A DNA stretch of 64,000 nucleotides, from contig CAWBWI010000001.1 in NCBI GenBank assembly GCA_963792585.1, forward strand, positions 1,568,001 to 1,632,000, in the 5' to 3' direction. Origin of the DNA: Candidatus Eiseniibacteriota bacterium (GTDB lineage Bacteria; Eisenbacteria; RBG-16-71-46; CAIMUX01; VGJL01). A model generated the notes under the pieces. The model was given only the letters and a program-made list of their open reading frames with translations. It ran no database searches and was not told the DNA's origin. The position numbers were made by a program, and so were the translations under genes. How positions within the stretch are numbered: the stretch's first letter is position 1; each line of letters begins with the position of its first letter. Below are positions 29,698 through 38,573 of this stretch, piece after piece.

Positions 29698-31025
29698 CGG
29701 GACTCTCCTTCACGGTGACTCGAACCTTGGCCGACCAGTCGAGCGAGGTCCGCGCGCGCGGTCCAGACAGACCGCCAGCGCGTCGATGTACTCCAACCGG
29801 GCTTGCAGGAGCGAACCGTCGGGCATCGATCAGATCGAGGAGACCGAACTTCCCCCGTCGATATCCTTCATGCACGGACTCGTGGACCGCATGCGCGCGC
29901 GGAAGGCTCTCTTCTCGGAGGCTGCGCGACGTCTCGAGCGCGAGCGCCAGCGCGTCGTACGCGGTCGCGCGGGCAAGTACGATCCTGCTCTGGGCCGCTG
30001 CCCGCCCGGCGCGCGCCTGCTGGAGCCGGGCACGGGTCTCATCGAGGGCGCCGCCCTTGCGGTCAAACACGGGCAGGCTGAGACCGATGCCGGCCACGAA
30101 GCTCCGCTCGTTGGACGCGCGAAGCTGCCGAAGCCCGCCCCGGATCGCAACTTCCGGCAGACGCCCTCGTCCCGCGAGCCTCACATCCGCTTCGGCACGG
30201 TGTACTTCCGCGTCCGCAAGCCGGAGGTCGGGAAGTTCGGCGACGGCTGCGGCGAGCGAGTCCCGATCCGGCAGGCGGGGCGCGATCTCGAGCGATCCTC
30301 GAACCCCGGTGAAATCCGCCTCGCGACTCCCCCATAGCTGCGCCAGAGAACGAAGCGCACGCGCGTGATCGAATCGGGCGGCGAGCAGACGGGTCGTGAC
30401 CAAGACGCGCTCCGCCTCCGCTCGATCGACCTCGATCGGGGACACCTCCCCCGCCTCGACAAGCGCGCGTCACGGCACGAACGGTCTCGATCGCGAGGCT
30501 GTCATTCGCATCCAGCGCCTCGATACGCGATTGCGCGACGAGGACGTCCGCGAACCGTCGGTCGACCTCCGCCAGCAGATCGAGTTGGACGGCATCGGCC
30601 GACCAGAGCGCCGCATCATGGGCATGCTGCGCGGCCGAGGCTCGTGCGCCTCTCGTCCCGAAGATCTCGAGACGCTGCGCAACGGTCCAGGTGACCTCCG
30701 CCTCATCCCAACCCGGCCGATCTCCCCCGACTTCCTCTGCGTCGACCTCGATCTCCGGATTCGCCCAGGCTCGTGCCTGGCGGAGGCCTCCTCCCGCCGC
30801 GGCGGCCGCGCTTCGGGCAGCTTCCAGTTCCGGGCTCGATCCGAGCGCGCGTGCCCTGGCATCCGGAAGCGAAAGCAGGGGGCCTTCGACCCACGCGCGG
30901 GGACGGGGCGCCTCACCCGCGGATACGGCGACCGCAGTCGCATCGAGCGCACAAACGCGCGTCGCCAGGGGAAGCGGACTTGTGACGAGCGCCACAAGAA
31001 ACAGAAACTTGAGTCGTTGAATCAT
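29694..31025 (-). CDS. CzcC/TolC-family outer membrane factor, frameshifted
   Basis: Signal peptide, QARAWANPE, GLSLPVFDR, GYRRGKFGLLDLIDAR. The corrected C-terminus ...EGESR-TGA overlaps the adaptor ATG. Confidence 0.85.
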
Positions 31026-31120
31026 TGTGCCCCCGGGAATACCCGAATCTGTCATACGTGGGCTGAATGCACCGGAAGGTGCAGCCACACGCCTGGGTGT
31101 TCAGCGAATCCGAGGGGAAA

Positions 31121-31552
31121 TCAGATGAGGAGGGTCGTCGAACGCAGTCGGAAGAGAATCGACTCCGAGCAGATCGATGAGGGGACTCCGCGATTGGTAT
31201 GGCTGACAACGGTGGGATAGGAAACCGTGATCGGCTGCCCCAGAGCACCGGCCGCGAAGTCTCGTGGATGCGCCGTCGGAGCTCCCTGCAGCAGAGGCGT
31301 ATCGTCGCAAACCGGCTCCCCGCCGGCCGGAGATAGAACGGGCATCGTATTCCACTCGAGGTGGCCACTACCGTCAATTGAAGGACCATCCGGCGCCACG
31401 GATCGGCAGCAGCAGCTGACTCGGGTGCCGAGGCCAAGATGTCCGTCGGTCCCCCGACAGATCGCAACATCGAATGCGCCCAGGCTGAGCAGGGTCAGAA
31501 TGAGGACCAGGGCCACGCAGGCACGGGGTCTCTGTAGGTCCAGCGGGTTCAT
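31121..31552 (-). CDS. Small Cys-rich exported protein upstream of the metal RND operon (CzcI/DUF2946-like position)
   Basis: Hydrophobic N-terminus, 'ICRGTDGH', 'SCCC', 'CDD', C-terminal LRSTTLLI. TGgTACGAT lies 7 nt before ATG 31552. Confidence 0.65.
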   Translation of the reverse strand: MNPLDLQRPRACVALVLILTLLSLGAFDVAICRGTDGHLGLGTRVSCCCRSVAPDGPSIDGSGHLEWNTMPVLSPAGGEPVCDDTPLLQGAPTAHPRDFAAGALGQPITVSYPTVVSHTNRGVPSSICSESILFRLRSTTLLI

Positions 31553-31631
31553 GGTGATGATCGTACCATACATCTCTGCGCGTCGGAAGTTCCGCCCCGA
31601 CAGAGCTCCACCCCGACATGCGGGACGGAGC

Positions 31632-31661
31632 GACGGTCCGCGGGGCACCCCGCGGACCGTC
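31632..31661. terminator. Strong GC hairpin downstream of 31689..32792 (terminator or RNA-stability element)
   Basis: Perfect 14-bp inverted repeat GACGGTCCGCGGGG / CCCCGCGGACCGTC; no U-tract. Confidence 0.5.
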
Positions 31662-31688
31662 ACGGATGGCGTCCCCCGCGTTTGACCC

Positions 31689-32792
31689 CTAGTCGCGGAC
31701 GTGCACCACCCGACGCACGAGATTCCCCTGGGGCGAGGAGAGGCGCACGAAGTACACGCCCCCGGGGGTGAGCGTTCTCTTCTCGTTGCGACCATCCCAG
31801 TGGACGAAACCGGGCGCCAGGAGTCCGTCCTCGAGGAGGGTCCGTACCTTGCGGCCCATCACATCGAAGACGTCGATGCGAGCCCGGACATCCCGCGAAT
31901 TCTCTCCGCCGAAGTACCGAACGGTCACGCCGTCCCCCGAGAAGAGACTGGGAGCTACGTCGAGCCGGAGTCCCGAAGGACGCGCATCGGGGTAGACCGC
32001 CGAGGGGGGCGCCGGCGAGCCATTCAAGGCCGCCGCGATGTCGAGGGAGAGCCCAAGATCCGTTATCTCCTCCCGAAAGCCCGTTGTATCGGGAGCCAGG
32101 AACCAGATGACGGAATTGTCATGGGGCAAGTGCTGATAGCACCCTGAGAAGTCCTCGCCGGTCGCGAAGCGCGCGCCGATTCCCGCCTGGTTGAGCTGCC
32201 CGATCAGCATCTGCTCGAGCACCTGCGCGGGCATACCGGGCTGGGTCGGCTGCGTGACGGTGATCTGCCCCACGGTCAGTCTCACGAACGCCGGGTTGCC
32301 GTGCACGTCTCTGCCGCTTGCCGTACCACTCAGGGAGCAAATGCCCTCCTGGTCCGGGAAGGGGAGCCCGAGAGCGACCTGATCGGGCTCCTGTGAATCA
32401 TCGCGGATCACGTTCACCGAGTGGATCATCCAACCATTCTGCCCCTTGAATGAGACTTCGGCGGTCGTGCCCAACGCCTTGACGGTGTCGCGGAGCGCCA
32501 CCCTCGCCCAGAACTCCGTTCTCAGAAAGCTCGCCTTGTCGGCCGCAGTCCAGGAGCTGTCCACGTCCAGGCTCACCTCCGGGTAAGCGAAGGTGCCGTC
32601 GTCCGTCATCACCACGAGACTGACCGTCAGTCGGCCGTTCTTCGTCGGCTTGCCACAGGTGAGCTTGGAGGTGAAACCGAGGACCGGTGAGGCGGCCGCG
32701 AACACCGCCAGAGCCAATAGCGCAGCGGCGGCAAGCCGCCGGAACCGGACGGCGAGATGTCGATCCGCAGCGGGACGAAAGATCGGGGTCAT
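31689..32792 (-). CDS. Secreted protein of unknown function with C-terminal FlgD-Ig-like domain
   Basis: AGGAGG RBS; signal peptide; tail VFDVMGRKVRTL...WDGRNEK...GGVYFVRL. Confidence 0.8.
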   Translation of the reverse strand: MTPIFRPAADRHLAVRFRRLAAAALLALAVFAAASPVLGFTSKLTCGKPTKNGRLTVSLVVMTDDGTFAYPEVSLDVDSSWTAADKASFLRTEFWARVALRDTVKALGTTAEVSFKGQNGWMIHSVNVIRDDSQEPDQVALGLPFPDQEGICSLSGTASGRDVHGNPAFVRLTVGQITVTQPTQPGMPAQVLEQMLIGQLNQAGIGARFATGEDFSGCYQHLPHDNSVIWFLAPDTTGFREEITDLGLSLDIAAALNGSPAPPSAVYPDARPSGLRLDVAPSLFSGDGVTVRYFGGENSRDVRARIDVFDVMGRKVRTLLEDGLLAPGFVHWDGRNEKRTLTPGGVYFVRLSSPQGNLVRRVVHVRD

Positions 32793-33041
32793 GATCTCCT
32801 CCTGTCGATTTCGAGGGGCCCCGACGCGGCCGTTTGCCGGTGTCGGTGTCGGCCCCTGGCGCCGGCGGAAGTGCCGTCCGCCCGCGCTCGATCTACAGGG
32901 GGATTCTGGGTCGGGTCTCTTACACCGGACTTACAGACTCGACGGAATGCAGGCTGGATTCCGAGACGCTCCGATCACCGCTGGATGAACGGACGGGGGG
33001 AACACTCGAGCACCTGGTGTCGGCAGCGGCTGCCAGCACGA

Positions 33042-34304
33042 TCAGTCGAGCGCGAGCGAGCCTTCGGAGGGGGTTTCCTCGCGCAGGATGCACCACGTGT
33101 CCAGCCGATCCAGGAATCCGCTGGCCGCGAGGTACTTGTGGTCCAGCATCCCGCGAGGGTCCTTGTCACCGATTGCGGTGATTTCTTTCTGGAGCATGCA
33201 GGCGACGTGGACTGCGGTCAGCGGGGCGAATTGCCTGTGGACGCACTCCATCGGAGTGTGGTGGAAGGCGATGGCCTCGACGATCGTGCTGCCGAGGCCC
33301 CAGGTTCCCATGAGATAGGCCCCGACCTCCGCATGGGTCACCCCGAGCGTCGCCCGTTCGAGTTCGAGAAGCGTTCCCCCGCCCGACTCCGCCTGCTCGA
33401 CCAGATTCCGATAGGTCTCGGGGAAGTTGACCGCAAGCACGATTCGCCCCACGTCATGGAGCATCCCGGCGGCAAACGCGTCATCGATGAGATTGCGGTC
33501 GTTCGTCTCTGTCTCGGCGATTCGTTTCGCCCACTGCGAGGTCACGAGGCTGTGGTGCCAGATATGGTCCAGGTTCAACCAGGAGGAAAGCTGGTGGTCG
33601 GCGTGCTGGAAGATGTGGCACGCCATGACCAGGGAACTCACGGTGTGGATTCCCAGGAAGCGCACGGCGAGGATCGGGTCGGAGATCCGGCTTCGGATCG
33701 AGAAGTAGGCGGAGTTGACCAGGCGCAGAATCTTCGCCGTCATCGCGACATCTTGAGAGACGATCTCTCCGGCGCGGACCAGGGAGCATTCCTGTTTCGC
33801 CAGTTCAGCCATCAATTGCTGGAGCAGCGCCGGGGCGCTCGGCAGCGTGTCCATCTGGGCCACGACCACCCGGATGCGCTCGTTCTCGAAGAGGCGTTGG
33901 AGGGCGACGGTACGCTGGACGACCGAGCGCAGGTTGGCCGGCTCGCAGGCGCTGTCGTGGGCCGCGGCTCCTATGGATCGAAGCGTGGCTTCCTCATCCG
34001 ACTGCCCGGAGAGGATGACCCTCACCGTGCTCGGCCAGGACACGTCCTTCTGGGATCGATTCTCGACATCGTCGACTTCGGGGATATGTTGATCCGAGAT
34101 CACCACGTCCTGGTGGGTTTCCCGGAGCAAGGCGAGCGCTTCCCCTCCCGTGCGCACGAACGTCATCTCCCACTCGCCCTTCAGGGAGTGGAGTTGCTTG
34201 TGCAGCCCGGCCAAGAGCCTCGGGTCGTCATCCACGAAGAGGATGCGCAGCATGGGAGGACCCGCCGCCTCCGTCTGCGATCGATTCACGTCCGGGGAAG
34301 CCAT
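33042..34304 (-). CDS. Receiver + HDOD domain signalling protein
   Basis: RILFVDDD...ILSG receiver; LPSAP, AKILRLVNSAYF, AGMLHDVG, HAEVGAYLMGTWGL. Start may be 34253. Confidence 0.9.
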   Translation of the reverse strand: MASPDVNRSQTEAAGPPMLRILFVDDDPRLLAGLHKQLHSLKGEWEMTFVRTGGEALALLRETHQDVVISDQHIPEVDDVENRSQKDVSWPSTVRVILSGQSDEEATLRSIGAAAHDSACEPANLRSVVQRTVALQRLFENERIRVVVAQMDTLPSAPALLQQLMAELAKQECSLVRAGEIVSQDVAMTAKILRLVNSAYFSIRSRISDPILAVRFLGIHTVSSLVMACHIFQHADHQLSSWLNLDHIWHHSLVTSQWAKRIAETETNDRNLIDDAFAAGMLHDVGRIVLAVNFPETYRNLVEQAESGGGTLLELERATLGVTHAEVGAYLMGTWGLGSTIVEAIAFHHTPMECVHRQFAPLTAVHVACMLQKEITAIGDKDPRGMLDHKYLAASGFLDRLDTWCILREETPSEGSLALD

Positions 34305-34434
34305 CCCCCTGGTTTTCGGCCGGAATCACACCGATCTTGAGCCCAAGGGATTCGCTCGGTCGCAAGACTCCGCCCGGCGGACCCTTGAGGGCCGTGGCGC
34401 TGCAGCGGCGACGATGTCCGAGTCCGCCTTCGTA

Positions 34435-36738
34435 TCACTTGAGGTAGACGAGCCGCCGCTCCGAGGTCCGTTTTCCGACGGTCAATCGAGCGAAGTAGAC
34501 CCCGGCAGCCAGATTTCGAGGAGTCCATCGGGTCTGCAGGACGGTCCCTGCCGTCAGTCCCGATCCAACGCCTCCGGTCCGCAGGACGGCGACCTCTCGA
34601 CCGGTCAAATCGTGGATGTCCAGCCGCACCGGCTCGTTCGTCCGGCTCGAGGCGGGGATTTCATAGTGGAGCGTCACGGAGCCGCGGAACGGACTTCCGT
34701 CGACCGTGAGGCCCTGCCATGCGAGCGCCGGCTCCCCGGTGACATCAGCGGGCGCGCCGTGGACCATGACCCGGTCGGGCGCGCTCCAGACGGCGACGTC
34801 TCCCTCCCCGTCCACGGACTGAACGAGATACGAGAACATCCCTTCGGGATGTCCCGTGAACGTGTACTGCGGAGAGGAGAGGTTCGTGGCCACCGTCGTC
34901 TCATTGAAGAACAGGTCCGTCGGCTCGATGTCGTCGACATACCACCCGCCGCTGCTGGTCCCCTGATCCGTGACGTAGTGGAATCGGACCCAAACCGTCT
35001 GGCCGACGTATCCCGCGAGGCTGAACGTCGCCTGGACCCAGTTGGAGCTGCCGGTGACCCCGTTGCCGCTGTTCTGGCCGTTCGGGTCCGCGTTCGTGGT
35101 GATCGTGCCTGCCAGCGGAGTGTAGTGCCGCGCGTCGGTCGCGACCTCGATGTAGCCGTAGTCCCAGCCGCTCTCGATGTTGTACCAGGTCCAGAACTTC
35201 AGGTTTTCCCCTGGGAGGACCTTGTGTCCGCGGCGGGAGGTGAGGACGTTGTTCATCTGGTCGTTATTGCCGCTGAACCAGCTGTGGTTGGAAGAGTGGT
35301 AGCGGGTCGTACTCACGTTCCACCCGTGAGGATCCCAGCGGTTTGGATTGCTCCCCTCGACGTTGTCCTGCCCGACGATCCCCAACGTCGCCTCGATCAG
35401 GTTCCAGGCGGTGGCCGGATTGGAGGGATCGGGATTGGGGACGCTCCACTCCAGCGTGAAGGTGGTCGGCACGGTGTCAGGAGCCGCCACCACGGAAATC
35501 CCCGGCGTCAGGACGCGCATCGGATCATCGGCCAGTTCGCAGAGCCGGAAGTTGGCCTCGCGATTCTCAGCAAGGAGGGCGGGGATGCGGCTCGGGGCGG
35601 GCCAGAAGCCGTCGTTGCCGCTCCCGGACTCGGTCACGAAAGCATAGATCTTCGGCTTTGTTCCCTGCTCTCCGTACATCCAGTCGCAGGCATCGCCGTT
35701 CGTCCGGTAGAGGATCTGCCAGGGGTTCCCCGGTCGGTAGCCGCTCGTCGCATTGCGCATGTAACCGAGCGCGAGCAGTCCATCGTAGTCGGGCGAGAGA
35801 ACATTGTCGTATCCCCACGCAAAGAGTTGGAGACCGCCGTACGAGTGGTTGTTCACGGAATTGGTGAAACGATGTCCGTTGCAGAAGTCCCGGATCGCCT
35901 GCGTCTCCGCCTCGCTGAATGCGCTGGGGCCACGGTATGTCTCGTCGCTCCCGAAAGGGCTCGATCCGTTGTTGTCGAAGCCCCACAGGTATCCGAAGTT
36001 CCGGTTTAGATCGATGCCGATGCTCCCATCTTGATTGGTCCGCCGGTTCTTCCGCCACATCCCGCCGCCGTTCGGATTGGTCGTGTGGTTGTATTCGACA
36101 CCGTCCGGATTGACGACGGGCTCGATCCAGATCTGCCGGTTGTCGACGATCCAGGTCATCCGGGGGTCGGTTCCGTAGCGGGAGACGAGGGAGTCGGCCA
36201 TGTCGTAGACGATCTCGAAAGTGATCGGCTCGCGCGCGTGGATGTAGGCGTTGAAGAAGGCTTCGGGCTTCCCGTTGTCCGCGTTCGGGCTGCTGGAGAT
36301 CTTGTAGACGTAGATCTGCCGTCCCTCGAAGGTCGTGCCGATGCTCTGCTTCGGGCTCATGATGCTCGGATGGGCCGCCTGGAGTGCATCCATCGCTTCG
36401 ATGGCCGTCACATAGTTGTGGTACCCGCCGTAATCGCGCGTGTGTCCAAGGCGGTCCGCGTAGAACTGCTCGAGGTCGGGAATCGCGATGTCGACCTTGA
36501 AACCGAGTCCGGTCAGGGCCGCGGCCCGGCCTTCGTCGGCCGGGAACTCGACCGTACTGCCCTGAACGACCGCACCGCAGTCCCCCACCTCGGGGGCAGC
36601 CTGTCGCAACCGGACGAATTCAGCCTTATCTTCGGTTGTGACCCGGATCAACTGCGTCGCAGATGCGATCATCACGAATCCGAAGAGCATGGTCGCGGCA
36701 AGACCTAGGACCTGAGCGAGGCGAAAGCGGACCGGCAT
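34435..36738 (-). CDS. Secreted M14 zinc carboxypeptidase (carboxypeptidase T-like) with immune inhibitor A-like beta domain and CTD
   Basis: HARE, VNPDG, WRKNRR, GIDLNRNF, NHSYG, FVTE; 'WYNIESGWDYGYIEV...GWYVDDI'; tail IHDLTGREV...AGVYFARL. Confidence 0.92.
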   Translation of the reverse strand: MPVRFRLAQVLGLAATMLFGFVMIASATQLIRVTTEDKAEFVRLRQAAPEVGDCGAVVQGSTVEFPADEGRAAALTGLGFKVDIAIPDLEQFYADRLGHTRDYGGYHNYVTAIEAMDALQAAHPSIMSPKQSIGTTFEGRQIYVYKISSSPNADNGKPEAFFNAYIHAREPITFEIVYDMADSLVSRYGTDPRMTWIVDNRQIWIEPVVNPDGVEYNHTTNPNGGGMWRKNRRTNQDGSIGIDLNRNFGYLWGFDNNGSSPFGSDETYRGPSAFSEAETQAIRDFCNGHRFTNSVNNHSYGGLQLFAWGYDNVLSPDYDGLLALGYMRNATSGYRPGNPWQILYRTNGDACDWMYGEQGTKPKIYAFVTESGSGNDGFWPAPSRIPALLAENREANFRLCELADDPMRVLTPGISVVAAPDTVPTTFTLEWSVPNPDPSNPATAWNLIEATLGIVGQDNVEGSNPNRWDPHGWNVSTTRYHSSNHSWFSGNNDQMNNVLTSRRGHKVLPGENLKFWTWYNIESGWDYGYIEVATDARHYTPLAGTITTNADPNGQNSGNGVTGSSNWVQATFSLAGYVGQTVWVRFHYVTDQGTSSGGWYVDDIEPTDLFFNETTVATNLSSPQYTFTGHPEGMFSYLVQSVDGEGDVAVWSAPDRVMVHGAPADVTGEPALAWQGLTVDGSPFRGSVTLHYEIPASSRTNEPVRLDIHDLTGREVAVLRTGGVGSGLTAGTVLQTRWTPRNLAAGVYFARLTVGKRTSERRLVYLK

Positions 36739-36836
36739 GGGACCCCTCCAGGTTGGGTACTCACGTACCTCGTGTTGCTGATCCCATGGCCGGGTCGAGG
36801 CATGCGCGCCACCCCCCAGCAGTGGGCGGACTCTCA

Positions 36837-36845
36837 ATCATACCA
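36837..36845 (-). promoter_or_regulatory. Extended -10 element upstream of the carboxypeptidase gene
   Basis: TGgTATGAT on the minus strand, ~100 nt before the ATG. Confidence 0.4.
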
Positions 36846-36931
36846 CGCGGGGCGGGGATCTCTGGCACGCCGGGGGGGGGCAAGGCCGCAACGGCTCACC
36901 GGTCGGCGTGGGGACGGGCGGCCCGGACGTC

Positions 36932-38572
36932 TCAGTTGGCGCAACTGCCCGAGGCGGCGTTGTTCCCTTCATTCGACTCTGCGACCTGGTGGTCCGCGTC
37001 GACGAGAATCCTGAAATCGCATTCGGGATCGAAACAGGTCTCCGGGACCTTGAACAGGAGGTCCACCGCTCCGCCGGCCGGAATGGCGGGCGTGTTCTGC
37101 GTGCTGCGAACGTTGCCGAAGTCGACCATGGTGCCCGAAGGCCCCGCGTCGCCGTTTCCCACGTTTTTTACGGTTACGCGCAGCAGCTTCCTGTTCTCCT
37201 CGAGCCGACAGAATGCACCGAGGTCGGTCCCCGCGGGACTGAAGGGCACCAGATCCGCAACCCTCACGCTGGGAATCCCCCCGGGCACGACGGGCTTGAA
37301 CGCCAGCACGCTGATGTCCTCACCGTGGAAGTGGCCTGGATCGCTGTCCTTGTCCCGAAAGACGGAGGAGACCTTGTAACTCAGTGTCCCCGATGGACTC
37401 CCTGGAGTCTTCGCGTAACTCCAGTCGTCGATCCAGACGCCCATCTCCCTGATGTGTTCGTCGTCACATCCCTTGATCGCCTGACCGTATCCAAGCTGCC
37501 AGCCCGTCAGCATCGGGATCGCGTACTCGAATGCGATCTGGTCGATGGTCCCGTCATGGCTTTCCGTGGCGCCCGCCTGGGTGACGCACGGCTCGTTCCA
37601 CCCCTTGTCCTCGACCGGCAGGATCGAGAACGGCGGTCGTATGATTCCAACATCACTTCCGCCACAGGCAGAGACCATCTCGCCGAACGTGTAGTCTCTT
37701 CTATTGTCGTTGTCCTTCAGGATGCAGTAGCTGTCCCAGCTCACGAATCGTGAGTCCACGAGACTCGAGAGCCCGGCCAGCGGGTTTTCCACACCGGTCG
37801 CCTTCCGGTACTTCTTGCCCGGCTCGATCAGATTCTGCCCGTGATCGATGTCGTAGCCCACTTGCAGCATGTTGTGATCATCATCGTCCCAGACGAAGCC
37901 GAATCCGCGTGGGAGGACGGCCACGGTCCCCCGCACCGGAAACTCGGGGCTCTCGACAAACGAGCTGAACGAAGACAGGGCCGTTGTCGTCCCTTCATTC
38001 CCCGCGAAATAGAAGTTGTCCGATCGCGTCGTGTCCGCGCCACAGAACTTCTCCGCGTCGTCGTGATTGACGAGTACGTCCAGTGCGGTGCCGTCCCACA
38101 CGATGACGGTGTAGTGGTACGTCCACTCGTAACCTTCCTTCGCATCGTTGTCGCGCAGCAATCCTATGGCGTTCCACACGACCTGTCCGTCCTGTTTCCG
38201 GATCTTCCCGATCATGGTCCCGAATGCTCGGACGTGCTCGTCGCCGCCCCCGTAGCTGACGCGCCAGCCGTTCAGCACCACCGTCACCCGGTTGCCGTAC
38301 CTGGGGAGATCCGCGGCCTGTTCGACCTTCACGTAGTCTCCGGAGCCGAGTTGCGCCGTGCCGAACCCATGCATGACCATGATCGTCCCCGGAGTCTCCA
38401 TCACCACCCAGCGATCCTGGGCGGTCAGATCCGTGAGCGGCAGATCCTCGAGCTCCTGGCAGAAGTCGGTCGCCTGCGGGGGGTCGTACGAGCACGACGC
38501 AAGAAGGAACAGGAAGACTCCAACGAGCCCCGTCGTCAACGTCCGCGCGGCGGGCCGGTTCCCCATGCTCAT
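36932..38572 (-). CDS. Unrecognised lipoprotein, paralog of 38574..39983, with C-terminal CARDB-like Ig domain
   Basis: GGAGG RBS; lipobox LLASC. C-terminal ADLVP...VTVKNVG...VDADHQVAESNEGNN. Extensive identity blocks with the neighbour. Confidence 0.8.
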   Translation of the reverse strand: MSMGNRPAARTLTTGLVGVFLFLLASCSYDPPQATDFCQELEDLPLTDLTAQDRWVVMETPGTIMVMHGFGTAQLGSGDYVKVEQAADLPRYGNRVTVVLNGWRVSYGGGDEHVRAFGTMIGKIRKQDGQVVWNAIGLLRDNDAKEGYEWTYHYTVIVWDGTALDVLVNHDDAEKFCGADTTRSDNFYFAGNEGTTTALSSFSSFVESPEFPVRGTVAVLPRGFGFVWDDDDHNMLQVGYDIDHGQNLIEPGKKYRKATGVENPLAGLSSLVDSRFVSWDSYCILKDNDNRRDYTFGEMVSACGGSDVGIIRPPFSILPVEDKGWNEPCVTQAGATESHDGTIDQIAFEYAIPMLTGWQLGYGQAIKGCDDEHIREMGVWIDDWSYAKTPGSPSGTLSYKVSSVFRDKDSDPGHFHGEDISVLAFKPVVPGGIPSVRVADLVPFSPAGTDLGAFCRLEENRKLLRVTVKNVGNGDAGPSGTMVDFGNVRSTQNTPAIPAGGAVDLLFKVPETCFDPECDFRILVDADHQVAESNEGNNAASGSCAN

Positions 38573-38573
38573 C

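Noticed and set aside
34150..36009. 619-aa plus-strand ORF
   Set aside because: Antisense shadow of the M14 carboxypeptidase.
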